Of a DNA stretch of 64,000 bases, positions 35,451 through 49,300 are shown in pieces. Source of the stretch: Ministeria vibrans ATCC 50519. Its lineage: Eukaryota; Protista; Filasterea. The first letter of the stretch is position 1; each line of letters begins with the position of its first letter. Position numbers and translations under genes: made by a program. Where the stretch lies: positions 1 to 64,000 of the forward strand of contig CALSCP010002457.1 in the NCBI GenBank assembly GCA_943704425.1, given 5' to 3'. A model generated the notes under the pieces. The model was given only the letters and a program-made list of their open reading frames with translations, had not been told where the DNA came from and did not search any database.

Positions 35451-38121
35451 ATGTCGACCTATGTCCTGAAAATATGCGACCTGCCTTCCTCAGTTGCAGG
35501 TAGCCCTATATATTTTCGCCCGCTGGTTTGTTGTTTTCAACTCGTTCTCCTCCTCTCGAATAAAGGGGCCGACATCAACCACCTGCTCGAGTTGCAGGGC
35601 ATTGTCAGTGTGAAAAAAGTCCATGTGGACGTTGATCTGGCGACAAGGTAAGGAACGAAGCTCCCGTTTCATGTGATACATGTTGCATGTCATTTGCGTT
35701 GCTGTAACCTCTCTCTCTCTCTCTTTCGTGTCGTAGCCAGTCGCGAGGCATTGCGAAGGTGGCGCTCTCATCGAGGGACGATGTCGTCACCATACTCTCC
35801 AAGGTGTCGTTCAAGTGCACGCTACACAACGCACTCGTCAATATCGGTCTGTTCTCTGTCGACGGCGAATTGGAGCAAGACATCGCAGCGCGCCAAGGCC
35901 GCTCGCTCTACGTGCCCGTCAACGACGAAGCGGAGCTCCATCGTGACTTCTCGGCTTTCGGTATCGTCACGTGCATCCGTGTGACCAAAAAGTGCGCCTT
36001 TGTCACGTACCTTGACAAGCGTGATGCAGAGAAAGCGTTGATTGACCTGAAACGCAGGCGAGAGGACGCAGGTCGTCGACAAAATGTCTTTCTTGCAGCC
36101 CCACGACCTGCCATGGCGAGCTCCAGTAGCAGCACTTCGGCGGGAGTAGGAACAACAGGAACGGCAGCAACAGGTGCGACCTACTCTCCAGCAGACGACG
36201 GACCTCCCAGGATTGTCATCACCACGCAAGAACGCAGTGCTCCAACGACATCTGCTTCATCCGCACCGACTCCGTCGTATCATCGTCATGCCTCCCGGTC
36301 ACAAGTGGCGGATCCCTCATCATCATCCGGTCGCTACTTGCCGTATTGCCGGCAGCCACAGCCGGAACGCTCCAACTGGCAACCACCACACTATCGAGCC
36401 CAATTCCATTCTCACACTTCAACCCACCCGTCATACGATACATCCCGATCAATTCAACCCCCTCCGCCATCCAACCACTACTTTCCGCGAACACACGACT
36501 CATGGCAGCGAGTCTATCCACGCGATCCTCCTACGGCTGCAGGCCCGCCCAAACGATCACGCGACCCCCGTCGACCATCGACCCCCACCAGCCTTACACC
36601 TCCACCAATAGTCGTTCATCCACCCCTACCACCCCAAACACCTTCACTCCCGCCACCTCCGCCACCCCCGCCACCGCCCGCCTCAACCCGCTCTCGATCG
36701 ATTGTCCCCACCACGTCTATCCAATCTCCCGGAGTCCAGTCGCTCGAGACTGCCATGATGTCCAACGCGGCGAAGCGACCACGAGCTCACTCATCTTTGC
36801 TGGAAGAGGGCGAGATTGAAGAGGGCGAACTGGAGGCAGAAGCTGTAGGAAAGAGGCCGAAGATGCAGTCAAGCGCACGGGGGCAACCCCATCCCGCGCA
36901 CGCTCGCGTCCTGACGCAATTACAAGTGGACCAGGCGGCCAAGGAGAAGGCCGACGAGGCGATGAGGAACGCCAAAAAGGAGGCGGATGATGCGGAGAAA
37001 AGAAAGAAAGCTGAGGAGGCAAAAAAGAGGAAGGTTGAAGCAGCTCTGCAGAGGAAGGCAGCGGAGGATGCGAAGAAGAAGGCAGCGGAGGATGCGAAGA
37101 AGAAGGCAGCGGAGGAAGCGAAGAAGAAGGCAGCGGAGGATGCGAAGAAGAAGGCAGCGGAGGATGCGAAGAAGAAGGCAGCGGAGGATGCGAAGAAGAA
37201 GGCAGTGGAGGATGCGAAGAAGAAGGCAGTGGAGGATGCGAAGAAGAAGGCAGCGGAGGAAGCGAAGAGGAAGGCAGCGGAGGAAGCGAAGAAGAAGGCA
37301 GCGGAGGAAGCGAATCAGAAGGCAGCGGAGGAGCCAATGAAGGCAAAGAAATTGAAGAAGGAGAGAGCAAAGGGAAAAGACGAGCCCGTCGAAGAAAGTG
37401 GTCAAACGAAGAATGTGAAGAAGGCGGAGAAGTCAAAGAGGAAGGCGGAGAGGGTTCTGGAAGAGGCTAAGAGCCAGATGGAAGCTCAGCAAAAGGTAGA
37501 CTTCGCGAAAAAGAACGAAGATCGTGCGCAGAAGGAATTAGTGCTGTTGAAAGAACAGCTTCAGGCTGCTAACGAGGCTCAGGAGACGGCCGAGCGCAAG
37601 ACTCGGGAGGCACTCAAGTGGGTAGCAGATGCACAGCTTGCTCTAAAGCAGATGGAGCTTGAAAAGGATCATGCGCTTCGCGAAGCGCTAGCGCACGAGC
37701 AGCTCTTGGCCAAGCAGGTAGATGAGCTGACGGCACAGGTCAAGACGACTCGCCACGAAAACGAGCAACTGAAGCACTCGCGTGAAGCGTCATCTCTTCC
37801 AAACTCCTCGCGCGTGCGTTGCCGAGCGCTCTCGTGGAGCGACTCGGACGACTTGCCCAGCACAACCGAGGGCCAGCTGGCCGCCATCAGGTCTCTCTAT
37901 GCCCGCGGTGAAGAAACCGAAAAGGCTCTCAAAGCGGAAATTGCCGAGCGCGTCGAGTGGGTGCAGCAGTCCGAAAAGCGCGAGACACATCTCCGCACTC
38001 AACTTGAGCGCATCAAACGTCGCAACGAACGCCTGCTATCGCCTTCTAGCCTCTCCACCGCCTCTCCACCACTGGTGCCAACGCCACCACCGCCACCACC
38101 GCCACCACCGCCACCACCACC

Positions 38122-38157
<36 letters not shown>

Positions 38158-40453
38158 GCAGCAGCAGCAGCAGCAGCAGCAACAGCAACAGGTTCAGCCG
38201 GTCATTGCTCACTCGCCCCTTCCGATGCCTTCTTCGTCCTCATCCTTGATTGATACTACCTCAACAAAAGATGCGACGCCTTTCGCTGGAAGCAACGAGG
38301 ATAAGTCATCGCTGTTGGGCACAACCATACCTGTGACTGTGAAGAAAGAGGAAGATGATTCAGTGATGCCTCAAAGCGTTGTCAAGCCTGACAGGTCTGG
38401 TGTGGACAACGTGCAACGGCAACAACAGCAAGATCAGCACAAACAACAGCAATCAGGACGCAAGCGTAAGCGCTTGTCGTCATCCTCCTCCAAACCAACG
38501 TCTACGCCTGTGTTGCATTTATCGCGTGAGCTTCACTGTGAACACCCAAATACCACCGCACTGACGACGCTGGGTGCCGAAGCATTTGTGGTGTGCAGTC
38601 AGGGTCATGTACATCGACACTCGCTCGAGACGGGCGATGAGACAGGTCGTGTGGAGGGCACGCACAATGTGTCAGCGGTGACGCTGATACGCGATAGTGC
38701 GCTCGGCGTCTTGCTTGCATGCGGCGGTCGCGACGGCTCGGTGCGTGTGTTTGTGGCGGCAACTGGCATCCTAGTGCAAGCGTGGTTGCTGGATCAAGAC
38801 TATGTGACCGCCTTGGCAGGCTGTCATTTTGATTTGATGGCCATCACTTCGATGGGGAAGCAGCTGGTACATTTGGACATTGCGAGTGGCTGTACTGCAA
38901 TGGTCAATCACCATTTTGCCGACGAGATCCACAACGACTCGCGTGCGTCCGCCCTCGACGTCTGCTATGACCCCTCCGATTCCACTCTGCCGCCCGTCTT
39001 TGTTGTGGGCATTTCGCAACAGCTTGGACTGCTGCAACGACAGCCATCCAGTGCCGTCGAGTACCGCCTCTCCATTCTTGATGTGGGTGCCCCCGTACAG
39101 CAGTTTGTCTGCAATGGTGCGTCACTTGTGTGCACCACGACCGAACGGGCGTTGTTGACCACCGTACGCTATCAGAACATTGTGCGCAACGTTGCTGGCT
39201 TGTCCTGTCCACTGAAGACGGCGGGCCAGCCCATTCAGAATGAGGTCACAGCCATGGCGGTGGACTCCAAGTATGCGTATCTGGGCTACATCGATGGATA
39301 TGTGAACGTTCATGACATCAAAACGGCGTCTCTTGTACATGCCTTTACGGATGGCTTGGATCACCCCGTTCACAGCATTTCGCTGGTAGGCTCAAATGCG
39401 TTCGCTTGCCTCTCGGAGGGCACGCTCTGGTTGACTTCGACCATTCCTGCTCATGCGTACACTTGCCGCTGGACCGGGTGTGCGGTCTTGTGTGGCATGC
39501 TCTCACACCTTGAGATGCACGCACGTAGCGTGCACTTCGCCTCAGTCACGGGTGAGCCACTCACCGAAGTCCAATGCCAGTGGTGCGACTCTTCGACCCA
39601 GCCCTGTCTGGTTCACCTGAGCGACGCAAATTTCTCCAAACACATCAACGAGCACGGCGACACCTCATGGCATCGTCACAAAGAAGGTCGTGCGCAACAG
39701 GCCGTCACCATGGTGACACCACTTTCCCAGCTAGCCGTCAGCGCCGACATTATGCAACGCACCGACATCGTCTCCATGTGCGGCATGCCCGACTGTGGCA
39801 GTCTGGTGGACACGACAGCCGAATTGGCCGCGCACCTTGTCCGTAGTCACAACCATGAGCTGTTTGCTGGTAGTGAAAGCGAAAGGGAGGATGAGGACGA
39901 GGTTGAGGACGAGGAGAAAGAAGAAGAAGAAGAAGAAGAAGAGGAGGAGGAGGAGGAGGAGGAGGAGGAGGACGACGACGACTTTGATATCGATGTAGAA
40001 GAGAGCGACAGCAGCGATGACGACGACTTGTGCACGCCAGTGTGGCAAAACACGCGACCACCCAAACCTCAAGCGTCATCCACCTTCACCACCACCACAT
40101 CAACGACGGAAGCGCCCCCCTCCAAACGCCACAAGAATGACACAGCCACAACCAAGACGTACCCGCCCAAGCAACCCCCCAAGAAACACCCTATCCCCCC
40201 TTGGATCCGCAACAGCGCGTCGAAGCACTCGACCAACCACGCCAGGACCACCGCTGGCATCCCGCCCGACCCCTACGAAGTCTTGCAGATCCATCGGTGG
40301 GCCAATCCCTCCACCATCAAGTCACACTACTACGAACTCGCACGTCAGTTCCATCCCGACCGTAATCCAAACAATCCTGATGCCAACGCTCAGTTTGCTG
40401 CAATCTCCGCCGCATATCAAACTCTCGTCGCACAAAGTAATTCTCTTAAGTAG
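35451..40453 (+). CDS. Large multidomain protein: 2x RRM, Pro-rich, KKKAAEDA repeats/coiled coil, polyP/polyQ, WD40, C2H2 fingers (ZNF106-like), acidic tract, C-terminal J domain
   Basis: RRM1 is assembled from small exons (LKICDLP...DLATSQSRGIAKV). RRM2: SLYV..FSAFG...KKCAFVTY. WD40: CGGRDGSVRVF, LGYIDGYVNVHD. Fingers: CRWTGC..HLEMHARSVH, CQW..HINEH, CGMPDC..HLVRSH. J domain: DPYEVL..YYELARQFHPDRN..ISAAYQTL. Confidence 0.85.
37057..37330 (+). repeat. Coding 24-bp tandem repeat (GCAGCGGAGGATGCGAAGAAGAAG, encoding AAEDAKKK), ~11 copies
   Basis: Near-perfect tandem copies with few substitutions. Confidence 0.95.
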
Positions 40454-40525
40454 AACTAAGCTTAAGATTAATGAATGGCATGTACAATGATTGTACCATA
40501 AAAAATCTTTCTATGATATTTTGTG

Positions 40526-40806
40526 TCATTTCTTTTCCACGTTGACGTTGACAATTCTGCCCTCGATTCGGGGGGCAATGGCGCGAAACCGAGAGTTTGC
40601 CCATGGCTTGCCCATCCAGCGGGCGAGAGCGCGTCGCTGAGGACGAGTAGCCGAGTCAAAGGCATCGACGGCCTCCACTTGGCGGAAGAAGTTGCGCAGG
40701 AGAGTTGACAGAAGGGCGCCTTGTTCGTCGTCAATCACGAGCTTCAACTGGAGGAAAGACGACGAGAGAGAGAGAGACAGACAGCGACAGATTCAGCTCG
40801 AGAAAA

Positions 40807-40841
<35 letters not shown>

Positions 40842-40864
40842 CAGAGACAGAGACAGAGAGAGAC

Positions 40865-40895
<31 letters not shown>

Positions 40896-41261
40896 CAGAG
40901 AGACAGAGAGAGAGACAGAAAACAAGGTGATAGAGAGAGAAAGAGGTATCATTATTGCCGTGTGGCTTACGTCTTTGAGCATGGTGTAGCCATCGTTGCC
41001 CTGCTGAAGGTAATGGCGCGTACAGCACCTGAGTGTGTCTGTGTCTTTAATCTCGCGCCCGTTGAGGGTGACGCTTAGAAGTCGCTCACCAGCCCTCCTT
41101 GCGCCGTCAAAGACCACGCGAACGCCTTGGCTCACCTGTGGGAAGCGTCCTTCGTGCGCCGGATACCGCGACACGCCATTCTCAAGCGCAGCACGAAACC
41201 TTGCACCGCTTATCTCAACCACAACGCAACTGAATAGACAAGAGCGTAAGCTAGTGTGCGT

Positions 41262-41309
<48 letters not shown>

Positions 41310-41710
41310 TACGTGTCCTCAAAGGGAAAGGCATCCATCACATCGCCCACTGTGACTGTGCCAGGCTCAACTACACTGTCTCCACGAATGGACCCTGAAG
41401 AATGCATAATACACAAAGAGAGAGAACAGAGTTGAGAAAAAACGTGTTCTTTCGGTGTGTCCTTTGTACCGCCACACAAAAAGGCCACATCGCAATTGTA
41501 CGCGCCCAACATTACATCCGCTACCAGATTGCCCCACGTAGACTCAGCAGTGCGCACAACCTGACAAGAAACAGAAAATGTCAATTCTAACCCTAACCCC
41601 ACTTTCTCAAGTAGCCCATCTCTCAGTCACACACACACACACTCAGTCTCTCTTTCTCCCTACTCTCCCTCTCTCTATCACTTTGATTCTATATCACTTT
41701 TTCTTTCTCC

Positions 41711-41781
<71 letters not shown>

Positions 41782-41906
41782 AACTCTCTCTCTTGAACTC
41801 TCTCTCTCTCTCTTGAACTCTCTTGAACTCTCTCTTGAACTCTCTCTTGAACTCTCTCTTGAACTCTCTCTTGAACTCTCTCTCTCTCTTGAACTCTCTC
41901 TCTCTT

Positions 41907-41985
<79 letters not shown>

Positions 41986-43069
41986 AACTCTCTCTCTCTC
42001 TCTCTCAGTTCTTACACTGACACGCCCATCAAGTGCCACCTGAGTCGCTCCAATTTCCAGCTTGAGCATCTCATTCAGATCCGCCGACAGGGCATCGACC
42101 TCTGCTTTGGTCTCAGGCTCCTCCGCCAAGTCCCCTGTAATCGTGTGTCGCTCAACAGTCACGCCCGTCCGGCGGTGCGTCGTCGGATCGAGTGACACAG
42201 TCACCACGGAGAGGTCACGAAAGTCACTGCCACTCTTGAGCACAAGAGTGTCCCCAATGCGCTCTTCCATGTAGAAATGATCCTGAAGCAAACAGTCAAC
42301 AATAACTCATTACTCATTCTCTTTCTTTTTCCTCACATGACCGCCAAGAACCAGATCAATTTCGGGCACCTCCATCGCCAGGCGACGGTCGTTGTGCATG
42401 CGCATGTGTGTCAGCGCGACGATCAGCGTGCACCCTTCGGCGCGCAGTCTGACAGCGTAGCGATGTCCCGCCGTCACAAAATCCTCGTATGACAGCTCAC
42501 ACGAAGTGTTGGGGAGCGTCTCGATCCAGTCCTGCTCGACAAGCCCCACAATGCCAACTCGGACGCCGTTGTACGTTTTCGCTAGTGACCTTATCGAGCA
42601 ATCTAGGGAGGAGAGAGAGAAAGTTCAAATTGTTCATTTTCAGACCCTCCTTACCAACCAATGGCTCTCCCGTTGCTTGGCTCACGTTAGTCAGCAGCCA
42701 TGGGAAGGTGCAGGTCCGAAACAGCGACGTCTCGCAGCCAAAATCCAGATCATGATTGCCTACGGGTCAACAGTCACCATTCACTGTTGACATGGGACAA
42801 CACCCCACACACGCCAAACGCCTACCCACACACGCAACATCAACAATGCGGTTTATCACCGGGACCATATGATGCCCTCGAGTGATGGAGGAGAGTGTAG
42901 ACGGGTTGAAGACGTCGCCCGAGAACAGCACCGGCACCTGATCAGGAGCTGCGTGCGATTGGAGATCACGGATTTTTTGCACAAATCGAGCCGCGCCTGC
43001 TTTGGGCTCCGTCGCGCGAGGCGCCACATGGTATACGTCGTTGAAGTGGATGAATTTCAAAGAAGACAT
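40526..43069 (-). CDS. 5'-nucleotidase/apyrase family metallophosphoesterase without a signal peptide, multi-exon
   Basis: HFNDVYH, FSGDVFNPS, GNHDLD, ALTHMRMHND, LGGHDHF, SGSDFR, ESTWGNLVAD, GSIRGD, FPFED, EGRFPQVS, GNDGY. Confidence 0.93.
41715..42006. repeat. (CT)n microsatellite with an embedded GAACTCTCTT 10-12-bp tandem unit, intronic
   Basis: Direct inspection. Related (GA/GACA)n tract at 40805-40920 and (CT)n at 60941-61024. Confidence 0.9.
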
Positions 43070-43325
43070 GAGAAAAAAATAATAATTTTGATTTTTTGTT
43101 GAATAATCATGAGCTGTACTCAACGTCAATTCATAATAATTATTATTCTAATTCTCTAAGACTAGTGTATAGAAGTCGAGTTTTGGTTTCATGCAATTGA
43201 TCTGTTGAGTGAGTTGCTCGCTCTCGCTCACTCTCTGTTCTAGAGTCGAGACGCCTCTGCCTGACGCATTCTCATTCAGTGAACTAATAAATAGCTCACT
43301 GGTCATAGTTGTTGTTCATTTTTGT

Positions 43326-46300
43326 TTATACTAAGCTCTCTGCTAACCTCCTCTCCTCCATCTCGTGCTCAAACGCCACCATGTCACACAGTACAATGCG
43401 TCCGTCAGCGTTGGCCGCTACCACAATCGAGTCGGAGCTCACGTCCACCGTGCGCAACATGTTCAACTCGTGATACTGCACAAGGCGGCCACTCGAGCCG
43501 AGCCAGTACAGACCACCCTGAGCCGTCTTGTCGAGCACCGCCGTCTTGTCCGCGCCTGCCGTTGCCACGTAGACTGCATATAGCGTACGACTAATGGGCA
43601 CCCAGTCGTCGCGCCGCCATGCATACACGCGCGGCTTCGTATTCGTGCACGCCATAAAGCCATCTTCGCCAATCGACAGCGTCGTATGATTCTTGCCGCG
43701 TCCCAGCGACATCCAACGTCGCTCTTCGGCACGCCAGCGCAATGGCAACCCGCCCATATCCACTGCAAGCGCGTTGTCACCCACACCCGCCGAAATGAAC
43801 CGCACTTGACCAGGCAGCACGCGCCATCGCATCTGCCCATCACGACGGTGCACTGTGCCGTCTCGCGCGCGCGCCCACACGAACAACCCGTCACAGACAG
43901 AGACCCCCGCCAGCGCCGGCGGCGCCGCATCATCACACGTCCACTCGCCCGTCGCACGGTTCTGCTCATAGAGTGCTCCACTCCGCGTCACACACACAAA
44001 ACAACCAATTCGACCGCCTCGCGACACGTCCACCACAAACTCGGGCGGCTGTTGCGCAAGCACAAACCGCTGGTATGACGGCTCTCGCAGGAGCACTCCT
44101 CGCTCCCGCGTGCATCCCACAAGCACTCCATCGTCGCCCATCTCTACTTCCTTCATCCACACCATCCGCGTCACCGGCTCCCACTGCGCCTTCTCCACGT
44201 CCACCAGACGGTACACGCATCCTTCGCGATCCCACAACGCAACACTCGTTGACGATCCACAACTCACCCCCGCAATGTTCCGTGCCGACCCATTGTGCCG
44301 ATCCCAGTCACTGCCATTCCACACAAACACATTGTGCTCATTGTTGACACAGTACATCGTGCCGTCCGTGCCAACCGACAGTGCCTCGTGGCGACGTCCC
44401 CGAAGCCTCACAAACACCTGCTGTTCCTCAATCCACAAGTGCGGTGTCCGGTCCATGTCTCGTGGAAACATCACTGCCGCCGAGCCAACGCCAGCGTCCA
44501 CCCACCCACACCCTCCACGCGATGGCATCGCCACAGCAACCCACCCCATTCGCAACGCCAGATCCGCACGCTCCGCCTCCTCTTCCTCCTCCTCTTCCTC
44601 CTCGTCGACCTTCTCCTTTTCTTCCTCCTCCTCATCCTGTACCACATCGTCGCTGTGTCGTTGTCGCCGAAGTTGTCGACGACGACGCTGCACTCGCACC
44701 GCCGTGGCATAGCATCGACGGTAAAGGGCGTAGGGCGCATCACGCTGCACCGCCCACACGTGTGTGTCCGAGGCACTCACTTGCGCACACTCAAAGCTTA
44801 GCGGCTCCCTCACCCATTCTTGCGTGGCCGCATCAAATTGCCACAAAACACCCGATTGACCCACCACAAAGAGTGCCTCGTTCGATGCGTGACGCGTCAC
44901 CGACACTACAAACTCGGGGGGCTGCGGTGTAAACGCATTCTCAGGCAATTTCGAAAGCGAGAAGATGAGCCCATCGCGAAAGGAACCGACCACAGCGTGT
45001 GTCGGCGCAACGTCCATCGACTGCACCAGACGCAAACGTCCCTCGCGGAATCCAGGCGCATCACGGTGGATCCAGTCAACGTTGCCACACGCATCGCGGC
45101 CAAGAACGTGGCGCGCGTTGCCCACCGACACGGCCACGTGGCCCTCGGATTGACGCCGCATCTCTTTCCACCGCTTGGGGTTTGTGTGAAGCAACACCCC
45201 GTTGCCGTCCGAAACCCATGGAGACCCGTCGTGGCCCAGAGCACAATCAGGCGCCCGTATCTGTGTCGGGTACACTTCGATCAGTCGCTGACCCGACGAC
45301 GCCCGATGCATTGCCATGGCACCGCCACGACTCAGCACCATTAGCGCCCCCATCTGTGGACCACCCAAACTCACGGCACTCGCACCACCCTCGACCGGAA
45401 CGTGGTTCCAGTCATTGTTGCCCTCACGCGTGAACAAGTGTCCCTCGCGTGTGCGTACCGCCAGAAATCCACCCACACAATCAAGTGACACCTGAACACA
45501 GCGCTCGGGTGCACCAACAACACGCGTCCATGATGGTGGTCGCCCCTGGCGTGTGTTGTACGAGTAAAGCCCGCCATCTACACACACCGCCATCAAAAGC
45601 AAGCGTTTCTCGTCGGCCGACACGGACACGGCCGCCAACGGAGGTTGAGGCACTGTCAGGAGCACGCCATTGAGCGGTTCGCGCACCAGCACCACTCGAC
45701 CGCTGCTTGTCACGACCACAATGACCCCGTGGTGGTTCACATCCACCCACACAATGCCACCCAGCGAAAGAGGCAAATCCACGTCAAGACGCTCCCAGCA
45801 CTTCTTCGCATCTAGAAACACCACTCCAAGTGCGTCCCAGCCAACGGTCGCAAAACGTCCGCCCGTCCGCACTCCCATCAATCCCATGCTCGATGAAACA
45901 CTCGTCGTGCGCCCAATCTTCTCAAATGGCACACTCTGTCCACCCAGCAGTGCACGCATGCCGTCGTGTGCCGACAGCGTCACATACGTTCCGTCCGAAG
46001 CAACGTCGCCTGCTGTCACAATCGTCTCCGCGCGTGTCACCGCATTCCAACACGGCCGAGACGCACTCGCTTCCATCAGACGTCCCCCACACACCTCGAC
46101 AGCTGAGAGAGGACAGCCTCGACCACACGCGAGTCCCTGGCCACGCATCTGCCGCGTAATCTGCCCACCCCCGATTAGCTGCCATGACAATGGTGACGAA
46201 GAGGAAAGCTCCAACGTCAGCACTTGCCGGGTGTCCCTCTCCGTGGCAACCACCCAGCCGTCATCCGTGAGATCCGCCACGCAAAAGAACACTGACTTAC

Positions 46301-49300
46301 CCTCGTAGACACGCGGCAGCCAGCGCACTGTGGGCACGCGCTCATCGGTCGACGTCATGAGCCCAAAGTGGTTCACCGACACAACACACACAGCGCCAAT
46401 GTCGCTCACACACGCAAGCGACGACTCACCTGGACGTCGATGCTCATGTCCATACGGGCTCCACGTGGAAATGGACACATGTGCAAGTGCGGTGTCCTCG
46501 GGCAGAGTTGTGGAATGCCAGCGACGCTGCTCAAAGCGACGTTGCTCTGCCATCCGCACACTCAAATGCGTACGATGGATCTTGTTGTCGCGACAGGCCG
46601 CAAGCACAACACCACCGTGGCTCACGTCAACCGCGATCACGTCAAGGATTTCCACCAGGCGGATCCACTTGTTGCGCAGGCTGTCCAAACGCCACAACTC
46701 GCCGCTCGATGTCGCTACCACCACCTGACTCGCGTCTGCCGCACCCACACTCACGACACGTCGTAGACTCCCCACACGCGTCCACACGGGTGCGTCGTTG
46801 TGCCAGGTACGCCGGTGAACATATCCATTCGAGTTGTCCACGGCAATAAGGTCGCCATTGCAGCAGCAGGCAACCGCGCGAAAGGCAAGGCCATTAGTCT
46901 TTTCGCGACGCCACTCAAAATCACCATGCCACACCCACAGGGCACCACTCAGCGTTGTAATTGCACCCAGATAGCGGTGTGCCAGCGACACCGACGTCAC
47001 CGTCTCGCCACTGCCCACCATACGACTGGGCTCCAACGGGCGCAAAAGTGGTCTGCGTCCGGCATCCGTACACAAGAGAGCACCATCAAAGAGAGCCACC
47101 ACAAACCCATCGTGACCAACGGCAACTGCTGAGCACGGTGAATTTTCCACAGGCGAACACAACTGTTGCCAAATACCCTGGTCGCCCTCAAGAAACCAGG
47201 CAGTCTCGGACGACGACGACAGCGCCACCGTAAACAGCGGAGTCACCGAGCCACGTCCCGCCGTCGACACTCCCATGACGTCCTCAGGCAACGCCGGCAC
47301 AAACGTACGACGGTCATGCTCACGTTGCTGTAGCAAAACCATGTCACTCTGGAACTCGGTGCCGGGTGGTAGCACGGCGTGCACACGACCATCGGCACAC
47401 ACGGCCGCAATGGCACCCGCCGACGACACGTCCGCATGCAATACGCTGCCGAGTCGCTCAACAAGCGACCACTTGCCGTCACGATAACGCTCCAACGTAC
47501 CTCCCATGCGCCACGCCACAACATTCGCCTGGTTCGCCACTGCAACTCCCTCCATGCCCTCGTGGATTTTTCGCCATAAACCGGGCGCAACGCGCTCCAG
47601 CACTTGGTGGTTCACGTCCACCACATACATACACTGATCTTGCTGTTCGCCCAGACTCACGCACATTACACTCGCCGGCAGTCCCGTCTCCTCCACCCAA
47701 CACTTATCGGTCGTTGTGTACGTCCACACCAGACCGGCCACAGTTACCACCGACACCACCGAAGCCGAGGCCACCGCAACTTGCCTGCCTACGTGTGCCT
47801 CGGGCAACAGCACCACCGGATCAGACCATTCCTCACGGCGTCGGCTCCACCACTGCAGCGCACGACCGTCCTCACGCAGCGACACCAGCGAGCCGTCCAC
47901 GGCCGCCGCCACGGCCCGTCGCGGTGCGTCATTGGAAGTCCTGCACTCGTTCCAACGACCCTCCTTGCCCTCATCCATGTGCCACAGCCACACTTCGCCA
48001 CGTCCATTGAGTACGACCGCCTCGGCGTCCGAGCGCGACGAAAATGACACGGTACGCAAAGAGCCACTCGTCAGATTGGGCAACTCGGCGGTGTGCAGTC
48101 GCTGAAGCTCGCGAATTACACTCACAAATTGCTCAGCGCACTCAGCGGTCGCCACTGGCAGGCGCAACCAGTGGCCACACGGCGCCTGCGATCGACGTGC
48201 CTCCACATGCGCGCGACTCATCCTTTCCAGCTCGCGCGCACTGAACCGTACGTCACCGGGCGACGCACGACGCCGCAAATGCGGCGTGTGAACCACTACA
48301 AGATCCACAACACGCGAGTCGCCGGCGTTGATCTGGGGTGGAGCAAGCGCCGAAAGGAACGACTGAAATACCACGGAGTAGTCGCAGTCGCGCGCTCCCG
48401 ATACTGGCTTCACCAACATCAGACGGTCCGTTGTGAGCAGTAAAATGACAATTTGTCCGGCCGGCGCTTGCCGCAGCACCACGGGACTCGTGAGCTTAAC
48501 GTGCAGCGCATAGCGCTCACTACCACTCACAACACCAAGTTGTCGCAACACCTCCTGGTAGTAGGCACCGTCTGGATGGTATGCCTCGAGTACGCCACTG
48601 TGTGCCACCACACGCGGCAATCGCACCATGGTCGTGCCATCGTTAGCACACCGCCGTGACACCAGCACCGAAAAGGCCTCGGCCACTCCCACCAGCGGAC
48701 CAATCATCACACCAAGAGCACCAGCAATCACATTCAAAAAAAAGCCCTTGGCGCCTCGGCTGCGACGTCCTATACCCACCGAGCTGAACGCCTCTGTGAC
48801 ACCCGACGTCAGCGCCGACGCTGCATTCACGAGACGACCGCGGGAGCGGAGGGCACGCTGTCGCTGGTGGCGACGGTACAAATAGTCGGCGTCAAATATG
48901 CGACGGACTTTCACTGCTCCCACGAGCACGCTGGCAAACTGCGTCACACCACTTACCGTGTCCGCCACTCCGTCAACGAGGCCTCGCAGGGCGCGCTTGT
49001 CGCCACGCCCCATGTCCTTGAGTGCACGCCCAAACGTGTCCGCAATGTTAGGCAAGTTGAGAACCGCTTGCGCAACTAGCGGAACAAGCTTGGCCCAGAT
49101 GCTGTCAGAGACATGCGCAAAAAAGTAGCCTTGTAGCTCCATGGGAGTCAGGAACAAATTGCCGCGATCCAACGGCGGAATGTCAATCTTTAAATTGTTC
49201 ATGGTAGAGCCCCGCTCGATCCATGTATACAGCTGATTGTAGCGCGAGCGACGCAGATGCATCAGTTCATTGGCGCCTAGCATGCACGACCGGTAGTTAA

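Noticed and set aside
36940-37340. Bacterial TolA or histone H1 homology
   Set aside because: Compositional similarity of a K/A/E repeat only; it sits inside a eukaryotic multidomain protein.
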